IMG/VR virus record: IMGVR_UViG_3300021091_000059
Location: 6,089-70,088 of that record
DNA length: 64,000 nucleotides
DNA from: a virus
Strand: one strand, 5' to 3'
Of the stretch, positions 10,122-19,215 are shown one piece after another. The notes beneath the pieces were generated by a model, which did no database searches, had not been told where the DNA came from, and saw only the letters and a list, made by a program, of their open reading frames with translations. Each line of letters opens with the position of its first letter. The stretch's first letter is position 1. The position numbers and the translations under genes are program-made.

Positions 10122-11192
10122 ATGCAAATTTGTGTATTGGGTGATACCCATTTTGGTATGCGTGGTGATTCTTTAGAATTTCACAAGTATGTTAAAAAGT
10201 TTTATGATAATGTATTTTTTCCATACCTTAAAGAAAATAACATTACAACCGTATTTCAGTTAGGCGATTTATTTGATAGACGAAAGTTTATTAATTTTAA
10301 TTCACTCTATCTATGCCGTCAATACTTCTTTGATAAATTAAAAGAAAACAACATTATATTCCATACCATTCTTGGTAATCATGATATTTCTTTTAAAAAC
10401 ACTCTTGAAGTTAATTCTCCGCAACTATTACTTAAAGATTATGACAACATCATAGTATATGATGATTTTGCCACCGTTGATTTTGATGGCATATTTTTTG
10501 ATGTTATTCCTTGGCTTTGTGCTGAAAATGAAGAAACAATTTTTAAGGCAATCAATGAAAGTAAATCACAATTAGCTTTTGGTCATTTTGAGATTGATGG
10601 GTTTGAAATGGATCGTGGTAATGTTTTTCGTGGTGGTATTGACAAAAATAAGCTTAATAAGTATGATATGGTATTAACTGGACATTTTCATCATAAATCA
10701 GATGATGGCCACATATATTATGTCGGTACTCCAAATGAAATAACTTGGGCTGACTATAATGATCCACGAGGGTTTCACATTTTTGATACGGCAACTCGTG
10801 AAATGGAATTTATACAGAACCCATATCGCATGTTTCATAAATTAAATTATGATGATGGTGCTCAAGATTTTGAATTTTGGAAAACTTATAATTTTAATAA
10901 ATTAAAAGAAACATTTGTGAAAGTGGTTGTTATTAATAAACAAAATCCATATTTGTTTGATAATGTAATTGATAATCTTTATAAAGCTGGCGTGTCTGAT
11001 ATATCTATTGTTGAAGATTTCACCGATACAAGTTTTGATACTGATCAAGATATTATTAACCAAGCTGAAGATACAATGACTATTCTTAATCGATATATTG
11101 ATAATTTAGCCTTAAATGTAAATGGTGATAAACTTAAAACACTTATGCGTGAGCTTTATGTAGAAGCACTTAATACGGAAACAACTGAATAA
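10122..11192 (+). CDS. g47: Recombination endonuclease subunit gp47 (Mre11/SbcD-like)
   Basis: GDTHFG, GDLFD, GNHD and GHFH metallophosphoesterase motifs. Confidence 0.97.
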   Translation: MQICVLGDTHFGMRGDSLEFHKYVKKFYDNVFFPYLKENNITTVFQLGDLFDRRKFINFNSLYLCRQYFFDKLKENNIIFHTILGNHDISFKNTLEVNSPQLLLKDYDNIIVYDDFATVDFDGIFFDVIPWLCAENEETIFKAINESKSQLAFGHFEIDGFEMDRGNVFRGGIDKNKLNKYDMVLTGHFHHKSDDGHIYYVGTPNEITWADYNDPRGFHIFDTATREMEFIQNPYRMFHKLNYDDGAQDFEFWKTYNFNKLKETFVKVVVINKQNPYLFDNVIDNLYKAGVSDISIVEDFTDTSFDTDQDIINQAEDTMTILNRYIDNLALNVNGDKLKTLMRELYVEALNTETTE

Positions 11193-12904
11193 TGCTCGTC
11201 TTTCGTTATGTTCGTTGGAAGAATTTACTTTCAACAGGTAATTACTTTACTGAAATTAAATTAGACAATACAAGCAACACACTTGTTGTTGGTGAAAATG
11301 GATCTGGCAAATCTACGATGCTAGACGCATTATGCTTTGGTCTTTTTGGTAAACCTTTTCGTTCAATTGTTAAACCCAATCTAATTAACTCAATTAATGG
11401 TAAAGATACTATAGTTGAAGTTGAGTTTAATTCTGGTAACAAATCATATAAGATTATTCGTGGTATCAAACCAAACACCTTTGAAATTTATCAAGATGGT
11501 GAACTACTTAATCAAGACGCAGCTGCTCGTGACTATCAAGAATACCTAGAGAAGTTTATTCTTAAAATGAATTATAAATCCTTTACACAGATTGTTATTC
11601 TAGGTTCAGCATCATTTACACCATTTATGCAATTATCAAATACTGATAGACGAACTATCATCGAAGACTTACTTGACATTCAAATCTTTTCTACTATGAG
11701 CGGACTGGTCAAAGAACGAATGATCAACAATAAAGATTTGTCTTTAACCAAGAAGCATGAAATTGATATTGATCAACAAAAATATGAACTTAAAGAATCT
11801 CATATTAAACAATTAAAACAAAACAATGATGAAAAAATTACTGAATGTGAATTAGATATTGCCAACAATTCAAATTATGTTGTAACATTAGAATCAGAAA
11901 CAAACGAAAACAACAATAAAATTAATACACTTCAAGCTGAAGTAATTGCTCGCTTGGAAACAGAACAAAAGGTTAAAAAATTTAATCAACTTGAAACACA
12001 GATTGAAACCAATCTAAACAAATATAAAAAAGATATAAATTTCTTTGAGCATAATGATAATTGTCCAACGTGCCGACAAACTATTAATAAACAATTTAAA
12101 GAAGAAGAAATTGGTAATCTAAACAATAAAATTACAGAATGTGCCGAAGGCCTTTCGCAATTAGAAATTAAATTATTAGAAGAACAAAACAAACTAAATC
12201 AGATTAGTGAAAAACAAAAACAAATACAAGAACTACAAATTAAAATTGCAACCAATACCACTTCTATTACCGAAGTAAAAAAATATATTGCTCGTATTGA
12301 AAAACACATCAATGAATTAAAAAATACTAAAGATATATCAGATACCGAACAGAAACAATTGGAAGAACTTAAAGTTAAGATTGATACAGCCGAAAAAGAA
12401 CTCAAAGAATTAATTGATGAAAAAACCTATTATGAAGTGGCTTCTGGTTTGTTAAAAGATACCGGCATTAAAACAAAAATTATTAAACAATACTTACCTA
12501 TTATTAATAAGTTAGTCAACAAGTATTTGGCATCATTAGACTTCTTTGTGAACTTTAATCTTGATGAATCATTCAAAGAAACCATTAAGTCAAGGCACCG
12601 TGATGAATTTACTTACAATAACTTTTCAGAAGGTGAAAAACAGCGTATAGACATGGCTCTAATGTTAACATGGCGTGCTATTGCTAAATTAAAGAATTCA
12701 TCTAATACTAATTTATTAATACTTGATGAGATATTTGATTCAAGTCTTGATGTAAATGGTACAGACGAATTGATTAAGATATTACATATGCTTGAAAATG
12801 TTAATTTATTTGTAATTTCCCATAAAGGCGATATATTACAAGATAAATTTAACAATGTAATTCGGTTTCAAAAAATTAAAAACTTTAGTAGGATTGTAAA
12901 ATGA
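11192..12904 (+). CDS. g46: Recombination ATPase subunit gp46 (Rad50/SbcC-like)
   Basis: GENGSGKST, CPTC zinc hook, FSEGEK and LILDE. Confidence 0.97.
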   Translation: MLVFRYVRWKNLLSTGNYFTEIKLDNTSNTLVVGENGSGKSTMLDALCFGLFGKPFRSIVKPNLINSINGKDTIVEVEFNSGNKSYKIIRGIKPNTFEIYQDGELLNQDAAARDYQEYLEKFILKMNYKSFTQIVILGSASFTPFMQLSNTDRRTIIEDLLDIQIFSTMSGLVKERMINNKDLSLTKKHEIDIDQQKYELKESHIKQLKQNNDEKITECELDIANNSNYVVTLESETNENNNKINTLQAEVIARLETEQKVKKFNQLETQIETNLNKYKKDINFFEHNDNCPTCRQTINKQFKEEEIGNLNNKITECAEGLSQLEIKLLEEQNKLNQISEKQKQIQELQIKIATNTTSITEVKKYIARIEKHINELKNTKDISDTEQKQLEELKVKIDTAEKELKELIDEKTYYEVASGLLKDTGIKTKIIKQYLPIINKLVNKYLASLDFFVNFNLDESFKETIKSRHRDEFTYNNFSEGEKQRIDMALMLTWRAIAKLKNSSNTNLLILDEIFDSSLDVNGTDELIKILHMLENVNLFVISHKGDILQDKFNNVIRFQKIKNFSRIVK

Positions 12905-13497
12905 GTGACGATATATTAAACCAAGAAATATTCACCATTGATACTGGTGCTAATATTACAAAAGAGGAAAAGATTGAGCCTTTGCCATTGTTTGATGAAA
13001 ATCATCCAATGCTAAACAAGCCAATACCAATATACAAAAACGCATTACCTAATAAAAACATGAATACTTTAATTAAACGATTAAAGATGACAATGAAACA
13101 ATTCAACGGATTAGGCCTTTCAGCTAATCAATGTGGTGTTTTTGAAAGAGTATTTGTGATTGGCACCGAACACTTTCAATTTGCCTGTATCAACCCACAA
13201 ATCACCAGCCAATCGGCAGAAATGACAAAAGACAATGAAGGTTGCCTCTCCTATCCCGCTTTATATATTAAAATAAAAAGACCGTCATGGATTATGGCAT
13301 CATTCTATAATGAAAACGGTGAACATATTGAAATGAAAATGGAAGGTTTAACAGCAAGATGTTATCAACACGAACTAGATCACATGAATGGTGTAAAGTT
13401 TGTGCAATACGCTGGGCCAGTTTCATTAAGATTAGCAAAACAGAAACAAGAAAAACTTATTAAAACAATTACACGCAGAAAAAAAAATGGCAGATAG
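12901..13497 (+). CDS. def: Peptide deformylase
   Basis: GLGLSANQ, EGCLS and QHELDH motifs. Confidence 0.95.
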   Translation: MSDDILNQEIFTIDTGANITKEEKIEPLPLFDENHPMLNKPIPIYKNALPNKNMNTLIKRLKMTMKQFNGLGLSANQCGVFERVFVIGTEHFQFACINPQITSQSAEMTKDNEGCLSYPALYIKIKRPSWIMASFYNENGEHIEMKMEGLTARCYQHELDHMNGVKFVQYAGPVSLRLAKQKQEKLIKTITRRKKNGR

Positions 13498-13777
13498 ACA
13501 AGTAGCTTGGATTTTATTTTTAGTATCACTCACAATATCACTTATATTTTTAGGTGAAATAGTGAACATGAATTACGAACTAGACACTCAAAAAAGAAGA
13601 GCAGATAGTTTAGATAAAGAAATTACTATTCTAAAAAAACACCAAGATGATTTGAAATTACAATTAACAATTGTAAATAAAACTACAGCCTCTATTGAAA
13701 AAGACATAGACAACACACAAGAATTACAAAGAATACAAGCACAAAGAATGTCTGAAATTATTAAGAGAAAAAAATAA
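13487..13777 (+). CDS. Membrane-anchored coiled-coil protein
   Basis: N-terminal hydrophobic helix followed by heptad repeats. Confidence 0.55.
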   Translation: MADRQVAWILFLVSLTISLIFLGEIVNMNYELDTQKRRADSLDKEITILKKHQDDLKLQLTIVNKTTASIEKDIDNTQELQRIQAQRMSEIIKRKK

Positions 13778-15057
13778 TGGCATACGCATTTGACCCAAAA
13801 GACGATGTAGAAACCCAATGGAAGAAATGGTCAGCAGAAAATCCTGCTAACGATATGCCTTTTGTTGATGAAAACGAACTCAAACAAACCGTCATCAAAG
13901 ACTTGACTTATGTATCAAGGATGGACGTAAAAGAATATACACTTTATCAAAAGTGGTGTGAGGTTCAAGACCGCTATCCAGCTGTTATCGTAAATGATTT
14001 ATGGGAAGGTGAAAAACGGGTTATTGAAGATGAAGACCAAAGACGAGCCATTGAAGAAGTAAAAACTAATTTTTGGAATCCACAGGATCCTGATGAATAT
14101 TTAAAATTACAACCAGAACTCATCTATGCCAATAAACAAGATAAGTATCCAGAGTTGTGGAATTGTATTCGTACCTTTTCATCTACCATGAAAAACAATT
14201 CAAACATTGGCCGTAATTTGAATTTTATTGTAAGAGATAAAGCTACTCAAAAATATCTAGGTGTGATTTGTATTTCATCTGACTTCCTAGATTTAACACC
14301 AAGAGATAATTATATTGGTTGGAGCCGTGAACTGAAAACACAAGGCGGTATGATTAACCATACTGCAATTGGCTCAACGATTGTTCCATTACAACCACTT
14401 GGTTACAATTATGTTGGTGGTAAATTATTAGCTTTACTATGTTTAGCCACACCCATACAAGAATTATGGGAAAAACTCTATGGCGATAAATTAGTTTCAA
14501 TTACAACTACATCATTATATGGCCAAGCAAAACCAAATGGTTTATCACAATATGATGGTCTACCTTATTGGCAAAAAATGGGTTTTACAGCAGGTTCAGT
14601 ATCATTTGAACCTGAAAAAGAAACACGATACAAAATTCGTCAATGGTTAATGAAGAATTATACCAAGAAATATTTTGAATGGTATATCGCAAAGAAACCA
14701 AGCGGTCAGCCACACAAACGTGACCACAAGAATCGTTCACTACAATTTACTTATTCTAAATTAAATATTCCTAAAGAACTGATTAGAACAGCTCATGCTC
14801 GTGGCATATATTGGTGTCCATTGTATGATAAAACAGTAGAGTTTTTAAAAGGTGAAGATTCAACAGGCATCAAGAAAAACTTTGATACATCGATTGAAGC
14901 ATTAGTAGAAATTTGGAAAAAAGATTTAGCTAAACCAAGAATTAGTGTTTTGAAAAAGAAAGGTAAAATTTCGCATGAAACACTTTTCTATGATGATTTA
15001 ATTACTTTAACATGGCAAGAAACAAAAGACAAATATCTAGGTCAAGTTGGTCGGTAA
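13777..15057 (+). CDS. DUF4338/DruA-like (GNAT/Mom-related) protein, paralog 1
   Basis: GRNLNFIVRD..KYLGVI, RDNYIGW, QPLGYNYVGGKLLA and TTTSLYG..SQYDG match the recalled DUF4338 motif pattern. Confidence 0.7.
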   Translation: MAYAFDPKDDVETQWKKWSAENPANDMPFVDENELKQTVIKDLTYVSRMDVKEYTLYQKWCEVQDRYPAVIVNDLWEGEKRVIEDEDQRRAIEEVKTNFWNPQDPDEYLKLQPELIYANKQDKYPELWNCIRTFSSTMKNNSNIGRNLNFIVRDKATQKYLGVICISSDFLDLTPRDNYIGWSRELKTQGGMINHTAIGSTIVPLQPLGYNYVGGKLLALLCLATPIQELWEKLYGDKLVSITTTSLYGQAKPNGLSQYDGLPYWQKMGFTAGSVSFEPEKETRYKIRQWLMKNYTKKYFEWYIAKKPSGQPHKRDHKNRSLQFTYSKLNIPKELIRTAHARGIYWCPLYDKTVEFLKGEDSTGIKKNFDTSIEALVEIWKKDLAKPRISVLKKKGKISHETLFYDDLITLTWQETKDKYLGQVGR

Positions 15058-15058
15058 A

Positions 15059-15101
15059 TATAAATAAAATTCTTGACATACGATTAAAGTTATGTTAGAA
15101 T
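15059..15101 (+). promoter_or_regulatory. Tandem late (TATAAATA 15059-66) and sigma70 (TTGACA-17-TAGAAT, extended -10) promoters for the tRNA-like RNAs
   Basis: Consensus matches 14-56 nt upstream of the first RNA. Confidence 0.75.
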
Positions 15102-15114
15102 GATTATTGTAAAT

Positions 15115-15182
15115 GCGGTGGGTTGTAGAACATTAATGAATCCCCTTTATTAAGGTCTGTGCAAGCCAGACACACCGCTCCA
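15115..15182 (+). tRNA. Non-canonical tRNA-Gly(CCC)-like RNA, 68 nt
   Basis: Acceptor GCGGTG/CACCGC + U73 + encoded CCA; mini D hairpin GTT-gtag-AAC; 7-bp anticodon stem TTAATGA/TTATTAA with loop ATCCCCT; T arm GTCTG-TGCAAGC-CAGAC. Confidence 0.8.
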
Positions 15183-15185
15183 ATT

Positions 15186-15254
15186 GCGGGAGGTTGATAG
15201 AACAAAGTAGGTGTCCAGCTTACTTACTAGGTGCAAATCCTGGATCCCGCTCCA
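15186..15254 (+). tRNA. Non-canonical tRNA-Gly(UCC)-like RNA, 69 nt
   Basis: Acceptor GCGGGA/TCCCGC + U73 + CCA; mini D hairpin GTT-gatag-AAC; 7-bp stem AAGTAGG/CTTACTT with loop TGTCCAG; T arm CTAGG-TGCAAAT-CCTGG. Confidence 0.8.
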
Positions 15255-15265
15255 TTTTCTTATTT

Positions 15266-15321
15266 TGTTGTTTCCACGCAACATGTTGTTTTTTTACAAC
15301 ATTTGTTGTTTTTTTACACCA
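15266..15321. repeat. Three tandem 18-bp palindromic boxes TGTTG-N8-CAACA (putative operators)
   Basis: 15266-283, 15284-301 and 15304-321 (the last has CACCA). Confidence 0.7.
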
Positions 15322-15336
15322 ACCCTCATATTTCGC

Positions 15337-15365
15337 TTGACAAATCTGTTTTTTTATGTTAGGAT
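15337..15365 (+). promoter_or_regulatory. sigma70-type promoter of cobT-like gene
   Basis: TTGACA-17bp-TAGGAT with TG extension. Confidence 0.7.
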
Positions 15366-15393
15366 GGTCATATAACAATTGAGAAGTAATTAT

Positions 15394-17706
15394 ATGACGA
15401 ACTTTACCGTAGAATCAAAATCACAATTAGCCAAGTTGATGGCTACTGAAAACCTCACGATTCAACATTCAAAAATCCAAACAGCTAAGTTTGACCCAAA
15501 GAATCGTGTATTATATCTTCCAATCTGGCAAAATATGACAGGCGCTCTATATGACCTTTTAACAGGCCATGAAGTGGGCCATGCCCTTTATACTCCTGCC
15601 GAAGGTTGGCATGATGCCGTGATTGATAAGACCAAATCTAAAAATTTCAAATCATTCTTAAATGTAGTTGAGGATGCCCGTATTGAGAAAAAAGTCCAAC
15701 GAAAATATCCAGGCTTAAAAGCTTCCTTTATTAAAGCTTATACTGATTTAATGGGTCGTGATTTTTTCGGCATTAAAGGCCGTGATATTAATGATATGGC
15801 TTTCATCAACCGATTAAACATTTATACCAAAAGCCAATACAGTATGAAAATATTTTTTACTGGTGAAGAACAAAAAATGGTTGAAAAAGTTAAAGCTGCT
15901 GAATCGTGGGCTGATGTAATTAAAATTACCAATGAAATCTACGCTTACTCTAAAGATGAGCAATTTGACTTATCTGAATTAGAGGACTTTAATTTTATTA
16001 TTCAAAATAATAATTTTGATGGTGAATTCGAAGAAGATTCTGATTCCGTTGAAGAAGCGGGCACTGGTGATGATGAAGGTAAAAATTCAGATGATGAATC
16101 TGAGCAAGAATTAGAAGCGGAAAAAGAAAAAACCAAAGAATTTGAAGTAAATAATGATAAAGAATCCAATGTGGCTATGGAAGACCAATTTGAACCTAAC
16201 TGTGAAACCGATGAGGCCTTCCGTAAAAATGAGTCTATGCTTTTAGATGAATCAAGTAAGGATTATGTTTATGTGACTTTCCCTAAAGCTCATTTAGATA
16301 AAATTGTTACACCATATAAAAAAGTCCATTCATTGATGGAAAAATCATGGAACGAACAATTAGGTAATAATCTATTTACCGAAGGTGATGTCCAACAATT
16401 GGTTCGTGATTTCAAAAATAAAAATGAAAAATATATCTCATTACTTGCCAAAGAATTTGAGATGAAAAAGGCAGCTAAAGCTTTTGCTAAGGTTAAAATA
16501 TCTGATACAGGCGATATTGATATCAATAAAATTGCTACCTATTCTTTTGATGATAATATCTTCCGTAAAGTGATGATGGTACCAAAAGGCAAATCACACG
16601 GACTTATTTTATTGTTGGACTATTCTGGTTCAATGTCATCAAACATGGGAGGTTCAATTGAGCAAATCCTTGTCTTGGCGATGTTTTGCCGTAAAGTAAA
16701 TATTCCATTTCATGTTTATAGCTTTTCTGATTCATGGTCAAATTGGGAAAAAGACCATGATATAGGTATAAATAATCAATCTTCTTCTGAAGATGAGATA
16801 AACAAGATGTTTACCAGTAATCCTGGTGAAGTAAGAATGAGGTGTGTTTTACTCCGTGAATACCTTAATTCAAAAATGGGTAATGCAGAATTCAATCGAT
16901 GCCTCAAGAATATGCTAATGCTCAAAGCGTCTTATGATGACCGTAGCACTAGGTATGGTCCCATAAGATTCTATAGACCACAATCAGAAAATTTATCTAA
17001 TACACCTTTAACACAAGCTATTTGTGCTATGAAAGATGTAATGTTAAACTTCCGTAAAGTGAATAACCTAGATTTAAGTAGTTTGGTTATTGTTCACGAT
17101 GGCGAAGCTGACCAAACGAGCACATATTACCCAACCAATTCAGATGATAACGATCTCTTGACCACCTATGACTTAGAAAAAAAAGTCTTCAATCGTGGTC
17201 GTGATAAAGTGTTTGATTCACATTCTACCAATATCATTTTTATGGATCCAAAAATTAAATTTGAGTATAGGGTTAATCCACAAGATGATATTAACCGTGA
17301 TTATGTGATTAAAGCTACACTAGAATGGTTCCGTAAGGCAACAAATTCTAAAATATTTGGTTTCTTTATTACACCAAATACCAGCCGTAATTTACAAGGT
17401 GCTATCGCTAATAAGTATTATGATAAAAATGGCACATTATTTACTAATAGAGTTTTACATTGGGAAAAAGTTACACAATTATCTAAAGAATTGAAAACAA
17501 ACAAAGCTTTGGTGTCCCATAATCCTGGTTTTAATAAATTCTTTTTCATTCTTGGTGGCAAAGATTTGAATACCGAAATTGATGAAATTGAAATTGAAGG
17601 TAAAGTGACAACCAATAAATTAAAAAATGCCTTTATGAAGTTTAATAAAAAGCGCCAAGTAAATAGAATCGTGGTGTCCAAATTCATTGAGGGCATCGCC
17701 GCCTAA
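15394..17706 (+). CDS. CobT-like protein: N-terminal HEXXH peptidase domain + vWA domain
   Basis: HEVGHALYT, NVVEDARIE, acidic linker, LLDYSGSM MIDAS and VHDGE; paired with the MoxR AAA gene. Confidence 0.85.
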   Translation: MTNFTVESKSQLAKLMATENLTIQHSKIQTAKFDPKNRVLYLPIWQNMTGALYDLLTGHEVGHALYTPAEGWHDAVIDKTKSKNFKSFLNVVEDARIEKKVQRKYPGLKASFIKAYTDLMGRDFFGIKGRDINDMAFINRLNIYTKSQYSMKIFFTGEEQKMVEKVKAAESWADVIKITNEIYAYSKDEQFDLSELEDFNFIIQNNNFDGEFEEDSDSVEEAGTGDDEGKNSDDESEQELEAEKEKTKEFEVNNDKESNVAMEDQFEPNCETDEAFRKNESMLLDESSKDYVYVTFPKAHLDKIVTPYKKVHSLMEKSWNEQLGNNLFTEGDVQQLVRDFKNKNEKYISLLAKEFEMKKAAKAFAKVKISDTGDIDINKIATYSFDDNIFRKVMMVPKGKSHGLILLLDYSGSMSSNMGGSIEQILVLAMFCRKVNIPFHVYSFSDSWSNWEKDHDIGINNQSSSEDEINKMFTSNPGEVRMRCVLLREYLNSKMGNAEFNRCLKNMLMLKASYDDRSTRYGPIRFYRPQSENLSNTPLTQAICAMKDVMLNFRKVNNLDLSSLVIVHDGEADQTSTYYPTNSDDNDLLTTYDLEKKVFNRGRDKVFDSHSTNIIFMDPKIKFEYRVNPQDDINRDYVIKATLEWFRKATNSKIFGFFITPNTSRNLQGAIANKYYDKNGTLFTNRVLHWEKVTQLSKELKTNKALVSHNPGFNKFFFILGGKDLNTEIDEIEIEGKVTTNKLKNAFMKFNKKRQVNRIVVSKFIEGIAA

Positions 17707-17752
17707 GCTCTTGATTTATAAGGGTTTAATTAAATCCTGTAAGTTATTGATT
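17704..17752 (-). promoter_or_regulatory. Two IHF-consensus sites upstream of the cobS promoter
   Basis: Reverse complements AATCAAGAGCTTA (17704-16) and AATCAATAACTTA (17740-52) fit WATCARNNNNTTR. Confidence 0.5.
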
Positions 17753-17770
17753 TAAAAGAACATTTAGTGC

Positions 17771-17799
17771 TTGACAAATAGTGAAATACCTGATATAAT
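17771..17799 (+). promoter_or_regulatory. Consensus sigma70 promoter
   Basis: TTGACA-17bp-TATAAT with TG extension. Confidence 0.85.
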
Positions 17800-17829
17800 G
17801 GTTATACAATTAAAAAGGAGTTTTATATT

Positions 17830-19044
17830 ATGAGTAGCAATCGTGCCGAATTGCGTGACAAGTTTATCAACGCCCTAAAGGCTACAGGTAAACAGGAAGT
17901 CACCAAAAGTGAAATTAAAGACATTATGAAGGGCATAGGTCTAACCAATGTCCAATGGTTCACCAAAGACAATTCCAATCGTATTGGTCGTGGTCTCTAT
18001 CGTGTTCCAAACGCTATAGGCGCACCCAATGTTCAATTTGAACCATTACCTGAATTACAGGCCCAAATCGTTCCAATCGTCAGGAAACGAGAGGATTCTA
18101 ATAATCGTATTACCAATGTTACTACTGAATTGGATCTCTCCGATTTAGTTCCAAAGACATATAAAAATTATGTTCCTTTCGGTAACTTTGATGATGTGGC
18201 CTCTATTGTAGAATCCAAACGATTTTTTCCAGTTTTTATAACAGGCCATTCTGGTAATGGTAAAACAATGTCCATTGAACAGGCTTGTGCCAAACTTAAA
18301 AGAAAATTCGTATTGGTGTCTATGACACCAGAAACCGATGAAAGTGACCTCCTTGGTAACTATGTTTTAATCAATGGTGAAATGGAATGGCGAGATGGTC
18401 CTGTGACCACTGCCGCTCGTCAAGGCGCTGTTTTGTGTGTCGATGAGATTGACTATGGCGCTCAAAATCTATCTTGCTTGCAACGGGTGCTTGAAGGTAA
18501 ACCTTTCTTACTTAAAAAGAAAGGTGAATTGATTACACCAGCTGAAGGCTTTACAGTATTTGCAACCGCTAATACCAAAGGTAAAGGTTCAGAAGATGGT
18601 CGTTATATGTTTACCAATGTTTTGAATGAAGCGTTCCTTGAGCGTTTCCGTAACACCTACGAACAGGATTGGCCACCAGTTGCCACCGAGAAAAAAATTA
18701 TCAAAAAAGAGTTAGAATCAGTCGATAAGGTTGACGATGATTTTGCCGAAAAACTTGTAACGTGGGCAACAGTCATTCGCCAAACTTTTGATGAAGGTGG
18801 TTGCGATGAAGTGATTTCTACCCGTAGATTAGTCCATATCGTAGAAACATTTGGCATCTTTGGTGACAAAATGAAAGCGATTGAATTATGTTTGAATAGG
18901 TTTGATGATGACACCAAAACATCATTTATAGACCTTTATACCAAAGTTGACGCAGGTGCTTCAGTTGAAGAAATTATGGCACCAGCGCCTGAAGTAGTTG
19001 AAGAGGCTTCCCGTCCTGATGACACGGTTGCCGCTTCGTTTTAG
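17830..19044 (+). CDS. cobS: CobS-like MoxR AAA+ ATPase
   Basis: GHSGNGKT, VDEID, ATANTKGKG, NEAFLERF and STRRLVH, as in cyanophage CobS. Confidence 0.92.
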   Translation: MSSNRAELRDKFINALKATGKQEVTKSEIKDIMKGIGLTNVQWFTKDNSNRIGRGLYRVPNAIGAPNVQFEPLPELQAQIVPIVRKREDSNNRITNVTTELDLSDLVPKTYKNYVPFGNFDDVASIVESKRFFPVFITGHSGNGKTMSIEQACAKLKRKFVLVSMTPETDESDLLGNYVLINGEMEWRDGPVTTAARQGAVLCVDEIDYGAQNLSCLQRVLEGKPFLLKKKGELITPAEGFTVFATANTKGKGSEDGRYMFTNVLNEAFLERFRNTYEQDWPPVATEKKIIKKELESVDKVDDDFAEKLVTWATVIRQTFDEGGCDEVISTRRLVHIVETFGIFGDKMKAIELCLNRFDDDTKTSFIDLYTKVDAGASVEEIMAPAPEVVEEASRPDDTVAASF

Positions 19045-19060
19045 TAGTAGTTCGGCACTT

Positions 19061-19088
19061 GACCCGTTGGTAACAATGGGTCTTTTTT
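19061..19088 (+). terminator. Rho-independent terminator
   Basis: GACCCGTTG-gtaa-CAATGGGTC followed by a T-run. Confidence 0.8.
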
Positions 19089-19110
19089 ATAATGTTTACC
19101 TTGAAAGGGC

Positions 19111-19139
19111 TTGACAATGTTTAAATTTTTTGATATAGT
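19111..19139 (+). promoter_or_regulatory. sigma70-type promoter
   Basis: TTGACA-17bp-TATAGT with TG extension. Confidence 0.75.
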
Positions 19140-19215
19140 TAATACTCAAATTGAGAGAAGAATCACCTCTCAATCAATTTTATTTAAGAGTGATTCATAT
19201 TATGGAGAAAAAAAG

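Noticed and set aside
13777-15057. Druantia anti-phage defence system
   Set aside because: Only DruA-like domains are present, with no DruE helicase or other dru genes, and the context is a lytic phage core region
15115-15254. Ordinary translational tRNA-Gly genes serving the Gly-rich tail proteins, or decayed pseudo-tRNAs
   Set aside because: Both share the same non-canonical geometry with compensatory changes, one lacks U33, and GGG codons appear rare; not formally excluded without assays
15266-15321. Possible mini-CRISPR array
   Set aside because: Repeats are 18 bp and abut each other with no spacers; no cas genes present
15394-19044. Cobalamin biosynthesis (cobT/cobS)
   Set aside because: These are the MoxR AAA/vWA pair common in T4-like phages; cobN and other cob genes are absent
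19111-19215. N-terminal extension of the wHTH ORF from TTG 19111
   Set aside because: The TTG is the -35 hexamer of the promoter; the RBS supports ATG 19216
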